A model generated the notes under the pieces. It did not search any database and was not told the origin of the DNA. It saw nothing but the letters and a program-made list of their open reading frames with translations. Shown piece by piece: positions 45,198-54,758 of a stretch of DNA of 64,000 bases. The DNA comes from a virus, in the IMG/VR virus record IMGVR_UViG_3300045996_002640, positions 29,802-93,801 of that record. One strand, written 5' to 3'. The position numbers were made by a program, and so were the translations under genes. Position 1 is the stretch's first letter. Every line of letters begins with the position of its first letter.

Positions 45198-46210
45198 GCG
45201 GCTGCCTCATCGATCGCCACGTCAACCAGCTTCCGAAGCTCGGCCTCGAGGTCCTCGTCTCCAAATTGCCAGGTCGCCGCGAGCGCGCGCGCGACGTCCG
45301 CGAAGCTATCGCGATCCTCAGCCACCGGTGCGGCTGGCTGGTACTCCTTGCTCGAGACCGTGCCATCGATGCCAGCCGCGCGAAGCGCACTCTCAGCAAG
45401 CTCCACGTTCTCGTCGTTGGCGAGCACCACCCGAACGATGTCCCCGGGCTTGGCCTGGTCGAGCTCAGACGCCGAGAGCGAGAACACGCGCCGCGCGGGG
45501 AGCTTGTGGCTCTCGAGCTTGGTCGTGCGCGAGTCGGTGTCCGCGACCAGCAGGCGCGGCTCGCTGTCCTCCTCGGCGAAGTTTAGGCGCGCGCTCGAGC
45601 CGATGATCTCGACGCCCTTGTAGAACTGGGCCTTGTGGTAGTGCCCGCCGATGGCGAGCGCTTGCGGGAGGCACGCCTTGATCTTGTCGACCGGCCAGAA
45701 CACCTCCCGCCCGCGCGGCATGCTCGTCGTCTCGCTGCCCGGCGTGATCCCCTTGAGGTTCAGGTGCCCGACAACCAGGCGCACGCCGCTGCCGAACTCG
45801 GCCGTCTGCTCCACGATCGCGCTCGGGTCGTAGGCGAGCGCTCGTGCGGTGAACGGCAGCCACAACACCTCGCCCGAGCACGTGACGTCCGGCTGCGAGA
45901 TGACCGAGTAACCAGCGGCGCCGATCGGGTCGAGCGTGCTCGCGCCGGTGCCGTCCTCGACGACGTCATGGTTCCCGGTGACCCAGATGGACGGTACCGG
46001 AGCCTGCTCGGCGAACCGGATGGCGCGCGCAACGCAGCGATGGGCGCCCATCCCAGGGTCGCACAGGTCGCCCGCGAACACGATCTGGTCGACCTTGAGC
46101 ACCGCGGCTTGCTCGCAAGTGAGCTCGAGCGAGTCGCTCAGCTCCTCGAAACGCGGAACGCCCGCAGTGCGGGCGTCCAGGTGTAAATCGGAAATGAACA
46201 GGTACCTCAC
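45194..46210 (-). CDS. SbcD/Mre11-like metallophosphoesterase nuclease
   Basis: SDLHL, AGDL, GNHD, GH and GHYH motifs. Confidence 0.9.
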   Translation of the reverse strand: MRYLFISDLHLDARTAGVPRFEELSDSLELTCEQAAVLKVDQIVFAGDLCDPGMGAHRCVARAIRFAEQAPVPSIWVTGNHDVVEDGTGASTLDPIGAAGYSVISQPDVTCSGEVLWLPFTARALAYDPSAIVEQTAEFGSGVRLVVGHLNLKGITPGSETTSMPRGREVFWPVDKIKACLPQALAIGGHYHKAQFYKGVEIIGSSARLNFAEEDSEPRLLVADTDSRTTKLESHKLPARRVFSLSASELDQAKPGDIVRVVLANDENVELAESALRAAGIDGTVSSKEYQPAAPVAEDRDSFADVARALAATWQFGDEDLEAELRKLVDVAIDEAAA

Positions 46211-47493
46211 GGCTTCTCGACTTTCTTCCTCCGAATCGGCACCGGCGCCGGTGGGGGTTGGCTTGATGATGCCGCGAGCTGCTCGCGCAACGGCTTGGCG
46301 GTGAGCCGAGGATCGTCCTCAGGCGCCGGGCGAGCTGCGTCGTGCGCGAGCGCCTCCGCCTCTGCTTCCTCGGGCACCTCGCCCTCGCCGAGGATCAGCG
46401 ACTCTTGAATCGCCGCGAGCTCGAGCGGGTGCGCGTGCAGGTACTTGAGCGCCTCGATCTCGCTCCTGCCGATGATCTCGCCCTTGTAGGCGTGGACGCC
46501 CTTACCCTTCTCTTGCTCGATGATCCTCAGGCGCTTGGCCACCTCGAGCGTGTCGTAGGCCTGGTCAAAGCCCTCCGGGAACATGGCCCCGTTGCTCGTG
46601 TAAAAGAAGCAGTCGGTGTACTTGCCTTCGAGCGCGCTGAGCTTCGTCTTCACGATCCTGACGCGGTGCCGCTCGCCGATGATCTGTCCCGGACCAGTTT
46701 TCGTTTTGCCGACCTCGGTCCAGCCGTCGCGCTCGACTCGCATCACCAGCGACGAGTCGAAGTAAATCGCGCGGCCGCCCTGGACCTTGTAGTCCGGCGA
46801 GTACTTGTTCGCCTTGTCGACGTTCTCGCTCTCTCGAGCGATGAGCAAGATCGAAGCGTTCGCGCGGTAGGCGAGCGGCACGAGCTCGTCCATCCATTGC
46901 CCGTTGAGCGCCGCCTTCATCATCGCGCCGCGACCCTTGGCACCATCCACGCCGCCTTCCTCTTTGAGGATCTTGGCGAGCAGGTTCTCGGGCACGAGTT
47001 TTCGAACCGAGTCGACGACGACCAGGGCCGGCGTGCTCTCCGGGATCTCGCCTGAGTCGCGAGCCTCCTGGATCTTCACGCAGAACTCGCGCACGCCCTC
47101 GACGACCTCTTCGTACGAAAGCGGCCGCATCGCGACGAAGCCGGGGTGGTGAGCGAGCTCCTCGCCCATGAGCTTCGTGATCCAGTCCTCGGGCGTCGTC
47201 ATCTCGGCGTCCACGAAGCCGTAGAAGCCATCCGCCTCGAGGAAGCTCTGCCCGATCCCGTGCGAGAGGACGGTCTTGCCGTGCCCCGACGGACCGTGCA
47301 CCAGCACGATCCGTTGCAAGGGCCACCCGCCAAGGCGAGTGGCTCGGTTCAGCTGCGGGAACCGGGTGCGGACGATCTTGACCTTCGTCAGCACCTGGGT
47401 CGCCGGCTGCCATTTCTCAAATCGGCCGGCGACCCTCGCGAATGCTTCCAACCGGTTGGTTGCTTGCACTCGCTTGCTCGGGACTCTCACCAC
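46207..47493 (-). CDS. RecA/UvsX-like recombinase
   Basis: GGWP..RIV..HGPSGHGKT, FVDAE, VVVDSV, GGRAIYFDSSL, KTKL. Confidence 0.9.
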   Translation of the reverse strand: MVRVPSKRVQATNRLEAFARVAGRFEKWQPATQVLTKVKIVRTRFPQLNRATRLGGWPLQRIVLVHGPSGHGKTVLSHGIGQSFLEADGFYGFVDAEMTTPEDWITKLMGEELAHHPGFVAMRPLSYEEVVEGVREFCVKIQEARDSGEIPESTPALVVVDSVRKLVPENLLAKILKEEGGVDGAKGRGAMMKAALNGQWMDELVPLAYRANASILLIARESENVDKANKYSPDYKVQGGRAIYFDSSLVMRVERDGWTEVGKTKTGPGQIIGERHRVRIVKTKLSALEGKYTDCFFYTSNGAMFPEGFDQAYDTLEVAKRLRIIEQEKGKGVHAYKGEIIGRSEIEALKYLHAHPLELAAIQESLILGEGEVPEEAEAEALAHDAARPAPEDDPRLTAKPLREQLAASSSQPPPAPVPIRRKKVEKP

Positions 47494-49046
47494 GTGATCT
47501 CGTCCCCTTCTGCGGGCGCTGCCTCGCCGCCATCGGCCTCGGCGGGCGCCGGCTCATCCGGGGTCATCGCGTACTGCACGCCGCACCCGGGGCATTTGGT
47601 GTCGGTCTTTCGCATCGCATGCCCGCAATCTTCGCAAGGGTCACCGAGCTCCTCGGGCGGGATCGCAGGCGCCGCCTTGATCCGAGTGGTCGGAGGCTTC
47701 GGCGGGGGAGCCTTTGCCTGGGCCGCTGCCGCCGGTTTGGCGGGGGGAGGCGGTGCCTTGGCGGCCGCCGGAGCCGGCTTCGGCGCCGGCGCGGGAGCGG
47801 GCTTACCAGCGGCCACCGTGGGGGGCTTGGCCGGCGCGGGAGCGAGCTTGCCAGCGGGGGCCGGCGCGCGGGGCGCGGCCGCCGGTTTGGCGGGAGGAGG
47901 CGCCGCCTTGGCGCGCGCCGGAGCCGGCGGAGGGGTAGGCGCCGGTGGGGGCTCGGGCTCGCCACCAACCTCGGGCACGAGGCCATCGTCCGCACCCGCG
48001 ACGTTCGCGCCGTAGTCGAACGAGGTGTCCGGCTCGCCCGGTTCCTTCGCCTGCATCGCCTCGGCCGCCGCGAAGAAGTCGTCAAACGGCATCTCGATCG
48101 CGGCGAACTGCTCCATCTGAATCCGGAGCGCTGAGGCGTCGCCCACCCGACACGTCTTCTCGAGGCTCGGCGGGTCGAGGTCGACGATCAGCTCCCGGAT
48201 CGCTTCGGGGATCTCGTCGACCTCGAGCTCGACCACGTCGTACTTCTTCGAGAACTCGGTCTCGTTCTTGTGATACTCCCAGCGGAAAGGCGTGGGGTTC
48301 TGGAAAGGCGAGCCCTTCTCCTTCGAGCGGGTGCGCTTGATGCGATGCGCGATAGCGCTCTTCATCTTCTCGCCGAGCGCCGTCGTCTCGACCGCAATTT
48401 GGATCCCGTTCTCCGGCCTGTCGTTGTCAGCGATGACGAACACGTAGTTGCACTTAGCCGCGTAGTTGTCGCGCCAGGCGCCGTCGTCGCCACCGATGTT
48501 GATCCCTGCCTGCTTGATGCGAGCGAAGTCCGCGTCGCTGAGCTTGTCCTTTTTGAACTGACCGATCATCGCGCCGGCGTAGATCACGCGCTCGCGGTCG
48601 CTCTTCGGGTGCGCGCCCTCGTCGATCTGGAAATGGAAGATCGGCTGCAGGATGTCGATCTCGCGAGCCGCAACCAGCTGCCGCACCCACTCGCGCAGCT
48701 TGCAGACCGGGCAGATGACCGGCGGGTTCTCGCGCATGCCGGAGTCCCGGTCGATCCGGTACTGGTCGATGAGCACCGACTCGTCTTCCCAGCAGTTGAA
48801 CTCGCGACTCCAGATCGCCCGCACCGGCTCGTGCGTGTCCTTATCGTCCCAGCTCTGGAGCTGAACGATATTGTGCTGCCAGAGCGCCGCGAACGGGGCT
48901 CGGGTATGGAGCCACACGTCGATCTGCGGAGGCTCGAACTTCTTCCAGCCCTTGAGAAACTGGGTCTTGCCGAACGAGTTGGTCGAGTGACCGAGGTACT
49001 CGTCCAGGTCCATGACCCGAAGGCCGCCCTTGGTAATCGTCGTCAT
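47487..49046 (-). CDS. Putative ssDNA-binding/recombination protein
   Basis: Between UvsY-like and RecA; CPVC motif, long Pro/Ala/Lys linker, zinc ribbon, acidic tail ending in W. Confidence 0.5.
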   Translation of the reverse strand: MTTITKGGLRVMDLDEYLGHSTNSFGKTQFLKGWKKFEPPQIDVWLHTRAPFAALWQHNIVQLQSWDDKDTHEPVRAIWSREFNCWEDESVLIDQYRIDRDSGMRENPPVICPVCKLREWVRQLVAAREIDILQPIFHFQIDEGAHPKSDRERVIYAGAMIGQFKKDKLSDADFARIKQAGINIGGDDGAWRDNYAAKCNYVFVIADNDRPENGIQIAVETTALGEKMKSAIAHRIKRTRSKEKGSPFQNPTPFRWEYHKNETEFSKKYDVVELEVDEIPEAIRELIVDLDPPSLEKTCRVGDASALRIQMEQFAAIEMPFDDFFAAAEAMQAKEPGEPDTSFDYGANVAGADDGLVPEVGGEPEPPPAPTPPPAPARAKAAPPPAKPAAAPRAPAPAGKLAPAPAKPPTVAAGKPAPAPAPKPAPAAAKAPPPPAKPAAAAQAKAPPPKPPTTRIKAAPAIPPEELGDPCEDCGHAMRKTDTKCPGCGVQYAMTPDEPAPAEADGGEAAPAEGDEITW

Positions 49047-49075
49047 TCTGTTTTCTTTCCCTTCGTTCCTTGAAA

Positions 49076-49669
49076 TCAGCGGCTACCGCCAACCATCGCC
49101 GAGAGGCTGTAGCGGCGGCCACTCCAGAGCTCGGACATCTTGTCGCAGAGCTTCACCGTCTGTTCGCCCTTGAGCAGGCGTTCGTTCACCTCGCGCCACT
49201 CGTCCGGGTACATGGACGCCGCGCGGCCGGTGACGTCCGCGTCGGTGATCTGCTTCGAGCGCTTGCCGGTCTCCTTTTCGACCTGGAGCGCCGCGATGGC
49301 CTGGTCTCGCATCGCGCCGATCGCGACGTCGAAATCGACGCGCATCGCCTCGAGGGCCCACTTCGCGTTGATGTAGAGCCGGTGTGCCCTGAGCGCGAAC
49401 CGCTCGACCTTGTTCAGGGCCTCGCGCGTCACCTGAGCGGGCGCGTTCTCGACGAGCTCGAGCTCCGCCTCCAACTCGGTATACTCGGCCACGATATCGA
49501 TCTGGTCGTTGATCACGATCTCGGCGAGCCGGCCGTGGTCGTCGCGGAGCTGAGGGGTCTTCGAGTAGGGGGCGTTGCTCGGCGCGCTCGCCCGCGGCTT
49601 GTATTCCATTTCGTCGACCGCCGCGTTCGCGGCCAGGTCCTTCGCGTCGTTCGCTTTCACTCTCGGCAT
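49076..49669 (-). CDS. UvsY-like recombination mediator
   Basis: Helical 197 aa with KQITDADV..PDEW..LWSGRRYSL pattern; sits in the recombination cluster. Confidence 0.5.
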   Translation of the reverse strand: MPRVKANDAKDLAANAAVDEMEYKPRASAPSNAPYSKTPQLRDDHGRLAEIVINDQIDIVAEYTELEAELELVENAPAQVTREALNKVERFALRAHRLYINAKWALEAMRVDFDVAIGAMRDQAIAALQVEKETGKRSKQITDADVTGRAASMYPDEWREVNERLLKGEQTVKLCDKMSELWSGRRYSLSAMVGGSR

Positions 49670-49744
49670 GCGATCTCCTTGGTCACCGCATCATGCCCAC
49701 CTGATCGTCGGTCGGGCGGACGGAGATCGCCTCGCTCGGTCAAC

Positions 49745-52282
49745 CTATGACCGAGCACTGAGCGGCGCGAAGAGGTCCGTCTGTCCTGCCTCGGCGGCCT
49801 TCGCCGCGCGTGCCTTCGCCTGGCTCTGACCTCGGACCTTGGGCGGCCGAACCTTGACCCATTTCTCCCAGCCAGCCTTCGGGAACGCCGCCTCGAGCAA
49901 GCGCTGCGCGGCCGGGAAGACCTTGCCCTCCCAGAGCTCGTAGCGATCAACCGTGCCGTCCCAATCCTCGGCCGGTATGTATTTCTTCGGCGAGCTCGAG
50001 CCATCGACGCACAAGTAGAAAATCTTCGTGCCCTCGCGCACCTCGCGCCCGCGCTTCTTGAGCTCCTTGGCCACCATCACGTGCGGGGGTTGGGCGCCCA
50101 TCGAGCCGTCCTTTTTCTCCTTGGCCTTGTACTCGTTCAGCGGCTTCGCGAGCCCCTGGCTCTGGACGACGTCGCCGAGCTCGAGCGGCTCGTCGAGCAC
50201 CCGAGTCTTCCAGCGTTCGACGATCGCGACCGCCTGGTCCAGGTCCGGGTCCTGATCCTCCTGCATCACGTGGAGAATCACCTCGAGCTGGAAATCCCGG
50301 GTCATCTTGAGCGCGTCGCCGCGCTTGTACTCGAGACCCCGGATCTCGGGCTTAGCATCCGGCTTCGGCGCCTTGCCCTTGTAATGCAAGTAGCGGCCGG
50401 TGTAACGCTTCGCTGAGACGAACGTCAGCCTGGAGAACGCTTTCTCGTACGCCAGGGAGACCGTGTTCTTGGCGCAGCCGCGCTCGGCGAGAAGCTTGGG
50501 GTAGAGCTCGGCATTGCACCACTCGACGAACCGGGCGTACTCGTCGACCGTGCATCCGATCGCGAAGACCGAGTCGGTGTCCGCGTAGATCGCCTTCATG
50601 CCGCGAGCCTCGGCCGCCTTGATCGTCTCGAGGATCAGCCAGGCGCCTGCCTGGCTCACGCTCTCCGCCGCATCTCGATCGAAGAACCGCGAGGTCGGTG
50701 CGCCGACGACGCCGTAGAACGAGTTGGCAGCGATCTTGTAAGCGGTCGTCCGGCGGTCAGCGTCCTTCCACTCGGGCGAGTTGGGCGGGAAGCTCGCTTT
50801 CTTCTTGTTCCAGACCTTGCGGAGCTCGAGCATGCTCGCAATCGCCTCGGGCAGGATCCCCTGCTCCGACTGATCGAACGGAACGCACGTGATTGGCACG
50901 AGCGCGCAGCCCGGCGGGATCGCCTTCTCGGGGTCCCAAGGCACTCGCGGGAGGTAGTGCGGGCGGGAATCGTTCGGGTCCTTCGCCTTCTCGCGCTTGG
51001 TCTCAGGGCTGATGTTGAACGAGATCACGATCGACGGGTACATCGAGGCAAAGTCGCAAACGTGGACGTCGCGCTGGATCCCCTTGCCCCGAGGCTCCAT
51101 CACGTACGCGCCTCGGAACTTGTCGCTCGCGCCTTCGTTGTAAACCTTGGTCTTCGGCTTGAGCCCGCGGCGCTTGTAGAGCCGCATCATCAGGGCCTCG
51201 ACCTGGTACTGAGGGTTGGTCGCTCGCGAGTCCGGGAACACGCCGCAGACCTCAGCGATGGTACCGAGCAGCGCCAGGTACCCGGTCTCGGCCTCGATCC
51301 GCGGCATGAGCATCGTGTCCTGCACGCAGTAATCGAGCAGTCGGATTCGTTCGTCGCCACCGGCCTCCCAGGCCTCCCAGGTTCGCGAGGCGTCGAAGTC
51401 GTGCTTACCCTCGCCGAGGATGGCGTGCGCGATGGCATCGAGCGCGTAGCTCTGCTTCTCGTCGCCCGACTCGGCCGCCATCTTGTTCGCCCGCTCGAAC
51501 TGCTCCAGATGGTCGAGATAGAGCCAGCGCTTCGGCTGCACCGCGATGCGATGCTTCATCGACCTCGCGACGATCATCGGGAAGTCGTAGGTGTCCCCGG
51601 ACCAGGATCTGATCTGCTGGTAAGGCAGGAGCGCGCGCCAGAGCGCCACGAGGAGCTCGCGCTCTGACTCGTCGGTGTCCTCGGCGAGCAGGCCCTTCGC
51701 AACCACCCGGCAATCCTCGTCGACCAGGACCCAGCACAAGATCCGGGCCTGTTCCTTCTGGCTGAACGGCACCCGGGAGTCGGCTTCGATGTCCAGGTAC
51801 ACCGCGCGAGGTAGCGCGATGGCCGGCTCATGATCGACCAGATACCGAGTGACCGCGTTGACGTCGCCCTCGTAGGTCTGGATCTTGGCCTTCTCGAGCA
51901 GCCAAGCGCAGCCCTTGCGACGCACGTCCCAGTCGCGCCAATCGATCCGGGTCCACTCGCCCTCGCGCTCCATGGCGAGCACCGAGGGGCTTTTGCGGAG
52001 CGCGCGCTGCGTGTCGTCGTCGAGCTCGCTCGAACGCACGTAGCAGCTCAGGCGCGCCGGCGCGCGCTTCACCGTCCCATCTGCCCCGACCAGATGCAGC
52101 GCGTTGCCGGAGACGTAGATGTTCACCAACGCATCGACCGGCGGAGCGCTCGGCACCTCGGGGGGAGGAGGCGCCGTGAGCGCTGCGCCGGTCGTTAGTT
52201 TGACGCGCCGAAGCTTCAGGGGCGTGGTCGAAGGGGCGGCTTCGGCTTCGGGCGCGGTGTGTCCAAGGCGAATGCGGGGCAT
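49745..52282 (-). CDS. Family B DNA polymerase with 3'-5' exonuclease
   Basis: YLDIE, YDFP, YCVQD; DFASMYPSI; KIAANSFYG; YADTDS; KRY. Confidence 0.97.
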   Translation of the reverse strand: MPRIRLGHTAPEAEAAPSTTPLKLRRVKLTTGAALTAPPPPEVPSAPPVDALVNIYVSGNALHLVGADGTVKRAPARLSCYVRSSELDDDTQRALRKSPSVLAMEREGEWTRIDWRDWDVRRKGCAWLLEKAKIQTYEGDVNAVTRYLVDHEPAIALPRAVYLDIEADSRVPFSQKEQARILCWVLVDEDCRVVAKGLLAEDTDESERELLVALWRALLPYQQIRSWSGDTYDFPMIVARSMKHRIAVQPKRWLYLDHLEQFERANKMAAESGDEKQSYALDAIAHAILGEGKHDFDASRTWEAWEAGGDERIRLLDYCVQDTMLMPRIEAETGYLALLGTIAEVCGVFPDSRATNPQYQVEALMMRLYKRRGLKPKTKVYNEGASDKFRGAYVMEPRGKGIQRDVHVCDFASMYPSIVISFNISPETKREKAKDPNDSRPHYLPRVPWDPEKAIPPGCALVPITCVPFDQSEQGILPEAIASMLELRKVWNKKKASFPPNSPEWKDADRRTTAYKIAANSFYGVVGAPTSRFFDRDAAESVSQAGAWLILETIKAAEARGMKAIYADTDSVFAIGCTVDEYARFVEWCNAELYPKLLAERGCAKNTVSLAYEKAFSRLTFVSAKRYTGRYLHYKGKAPKPDAKPEIRGLEYKRGDALKMTRDFQLEVILHVMQEDQDPDLDQAVAIVERWKTRVLDEPLELGDVVQSQGLAKPLNEYKAKEKKDGSMGAQPPHVMVAKELKKRGREVREGTKIFYLCVDGSSSPKKYIPAEDWDGTVDRYELWEGKVFPAAQRLLEAAFPKAGWEKWVKVRPPKVRGQSQAKARAAKAAEAGQTDLFAPLSARS

Positions 52283-52315
52283 GTCCAGCGACGGATCATG
52301 CCCCCTAACACGGGG

Positions 52316-53527
52316 CTACTCGCCACGTCGCCTGGTGATCACCAGCTGCAGCGCGTTGCCGTCATCCACGATCATGTAGCGGGTGACCGTTCCATTCTCG
52401 TGGTGCTCTTCGCACCAGGGCTTGTCGCTCAGCGCCTCGGCCGGCTTCGGCTTCTTGCCGCCGCGCGCCGTCGCCTTGAAGAGCGGTAGCTTGATCGGCT
52501 CGTCCGAAACCCGCACCAAGATCGAGACCGCGTTCAGCACGTCGCCCGGCGTGACCTCGGACGCGCCGCCGCGCTTGGTCCGCACGCTGTCCCTGAGCTC
52601 GCGCACGCTCGAGCCCTGAGCCGCCTCGGCCGCCTTCTGCTTCCTCAGGTCCTCGGGCAGGCCGACGATGACGCGGCACTTCTCCATCCCGTACGCCTCG
52701 ACCTGATCGGCCGTAAACGTCTGGGAAACCTCCATCAGCGAGTAGGCGGTCTCCTTCTCGAGCCCGAGCTCCTCCTTCACGAACGCGCTGAACACGCGGT
52801 ACTTCGGCGCGCCCTTCTCGTCCTTGCGCTCGTGCCAGAGGTTGTTGTCCTTGATGAACCGGAGCCGGTCGCCGAGCTTCCAGAGCGCTTCCGTCGTCGA
52901 CTGCTTGAGCGCTCGCACCTCGTCCATGATCTTGTCGAGCGCCGACTCCCGCTCAGAAAGCTCGAGCCCGTCGGCCGCCTTGACGATCGCGGTCGTTGCC
53001 TCCTTGGCAGCCTTCGCCGCCTTGGCCGGCTTTGGGGGCTTGGCCTTGCCTACCGCCTTGTCCTTGGCGATCTGTTCGGCCTTGGCCTTCGACTCCTTGA
53101 CCTCCTTGCTCTTGGAGACCGACTCACCCTTGCCCTTCACCAGCGCGAGCTTCGGCGCCGCCGCCGGCGCGGGGGCACTCGTCTCCTCGACCACCTCGGC
53201 GCTGGTCTCGATCTCGGTGACCGCCTCGGGCGCTTCCGCCTCGGGCGCTTCCGCCTCGACACCATCCGGCGGTTCCGACTCGCCAGCGTCGCCGCAATAC
53301 GGGCAGCACGCGTAGTCGCTCAGGCTCGCGCCGTTGCAAGCCGTGCACATCATCAGGAGCTCGGGGTCCGACTCCGCCTTCTCGGCAAAATGCTTCCGGA
53401 GCACTGCCGCCGTCGCCATCACCGTGCGCTCCGGCTTGAGCCCGTAGTGCTTGCAAGCCTCGGCCATCACGTCGGCCTTCATCACCGAAAAAACTGGCGC
53501 CTTCGTTGCTGCAGCTGCTTCCGTCAT
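52316..53527 (-). CDS. Hypothetical DNA-binding protein (zinc ribbon plus HTH-like region)
   Basis: CTAC..CPYCG; WKLGDRL..IKD..LW..FSAFVKEELGLEKETAYSLM. Confidence 0.6.
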   Translation of the reverse strand: MTEAAAATKAPVFSVMKADVMAEACKHYGLKPERTVMATAAVLRKHFAEKAESDPELLMMCTACNGASLSDYACCPYCGDAGESEPPDGVEAEAPEAEAPEAVTEIETSAEVVEETSAPAPAAAPKLALVKGKGESVSKSKEVKESKAKAEQIAKDKAVGKAKPPKPAKAAKAAKEATTAIVKAADGLELSERESALDKIMDEVRALKQSTTEALWKLGDRLRFIKDNNLWHERKDEKGAPKYRVFSAFVKEELGLEKETAYSLMEVSQTFTADQVEAYGMEKCRVIVGLPEDLRKQKAAEAAQGSSVRELRDSVRTKRGGASEVTPGDVLNAVSILVRVSDEPIKLPLFKATARGGKKPKPAEALSDKPWCEEHHENGTVTRYMIVDDGNALQLVITRRRGE

Positions 53528-54114
53528 TTTCCGTCACTCCTCATTTGGTTGATCTCAGTTTTCACGAACCGACGTGCATCGCCCGGTTCATAGAACCGGT
53601 AGTAGAGCGAGAGACGCGGGTCCTCGTAAATCGATTGTGCGGCGAGGTCCAAGTCTCCCTCTGCCGAGATGACCGCTGCAAGCGCGATCGAACCGCTGCG
53701 CGTCGAAATCTGATCGATGAGCCGCCGGAGCTCGCTCCTGGCCTCGACCGACTTATCGGGTCGCTGCGTGCTTTCGTGCTCGAAATGATCCAGGTCAACG
53801 TCACCAACAACCTCAGGGGTTCCCGCGCGTCCGCCACGCCGGAGCTGCCGCCGCAACCATCGGTTGGTCCGAGCGACCGCCTGGAAGATCAGGTACCGGT
53901 CTGGGTTGCTTGAGCGTTTCGCGTCGTAGCTCTTGAGCGCACGCCAGGCCACGAGCTGGAGCTCCTGCCGAATGTCGTCCTCGCCGATACCCGGAATCTC
54001 GGGCGCACGCTTTAGGACGTACCGAGCGACCCGATCCCAGTCAGACCGGGTGCGCTGGAAGAATTCGTGCGGGCCCTCGTGGCCCTCAACTACCAGGGAA
54101 GCATTCAGAGTCAC
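53524..54114 (-). CDS. Sigma-70 family RNA polymerase sigma factor
   Basis: Region-2 signature EDDIRQEL.LVAWRALKSYDAKR..RYL......NRWLRR; region 4 degenerate. Confidence 0.7.
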   Translation of the reverse strand: MTLNASLVVEGHEGPHEFFQRTRSDWDRVARYVLKRAPEIPGIGEDDIRQELQLVAWRALKSYDAKRSSNPDRYLIFQAVARTNRWLRRQLRRGGRAGTPEVVGDVDLDHFEHESTQRPDKSVEARSELRRLIDQISTRSGSIALAAVISAEGDLDLAAQSIYEDPRLSLYYRFYEPGDARRFVKTEINQMRSDGK

Positions 54115-54117
54115 AGA

Positions 54118-54729
54118 TCACCATTTCCCCGGCTCATCGCCGGAAAAGAACGAATCGAGCTTCTCGAGCTCGCCCGCGAATTCCTCGAACGTTGGGGCCT
54201 CGGCCGCGACGATGTCGGCCAGCGAATCGCCGGCCTCCTCCTGGACGCGGTAGCCCGCGAGCCTGAGCGCTCGCACCATGAGCGGGGCCCCGATCGTTCC
54301 CGTGAGGTCGCCGCGCCTGAGGATCTCGCGCACCAGGTCAGCGGTGTAAATCTGGGTCAGGTCTGCAGCCGTCACCGGTGGCGCACCAGGCGCCGGCGCT
54401 GGTCGCTTAGGCCCTTGCCGAACGATCGCGCGAGCCTCGGCTGCCATCGCGTCGTCGAGCGCGTACCAAGCCTTCACGTTCCCGTCCCAGCGGCAGCCGA
54501 TTAACTTGAGCTCGTCCTTCACATCGAAGGTCCCGCGCCCGCGAATGTAGCGATCGAGCGGGACCCCAATGCTCGAAAGTTGGGCGCCCGGCGCGGCCGC
54601 GCGCGGAGGCGCAATCTGCGGGTAGCCCTTGGGAGGAGGCGCCGCGATAGGAGCCCGAGGCGGTGCCGACGAGAACAAGTCATCGATATCGGTGGCGTCG
54701 ATCACTTGGCTCAAGTCATCAAAGTCCAT
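54118..54729 (-). CDS. Hypothetical protein with DUF5710-like domain
   Basis: TFDVKDELKLIGCRWDGNVKAWY. Confidence 0.65.
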   Translation of the reverse strand: MDFDDLSQVIDATDIDDLFSSAPPRAPIAAPPPKGYPQIAPPRAAAPGAQLSSIGVPLDRYIRGRGTFDVKDELKLIGCRWDGNVKAWYALDDAMAAEARAIVRQGPKRPAPAPGAPPVTAADLTQIYTADLVREILRRGDLTGTIGAPLMVRALRLAGYRVQEEAGDSLADIVAAEAPTFEEFAGELEKLDSFFSGDEPGKW

Positions 54730-54758
54730 GCGCCTCGGGTTCCTTCCGCCTCAGGTCC

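Noticed and set aside
47700-47960. GC-rich repetitive DNA
   Set aside because: Explained by the Pro/Ala/Lys-rich linker coding sequence, not an independent DNA repeat.
54118-54729. C-terminus FEEFAGELEKLDSFF as another member of the tagged set (also 27671-28021)
   Set aside because: Only loosely similar and lacking the M/L-x-L-P end; 54118 is also outside the cluster. Not counted.
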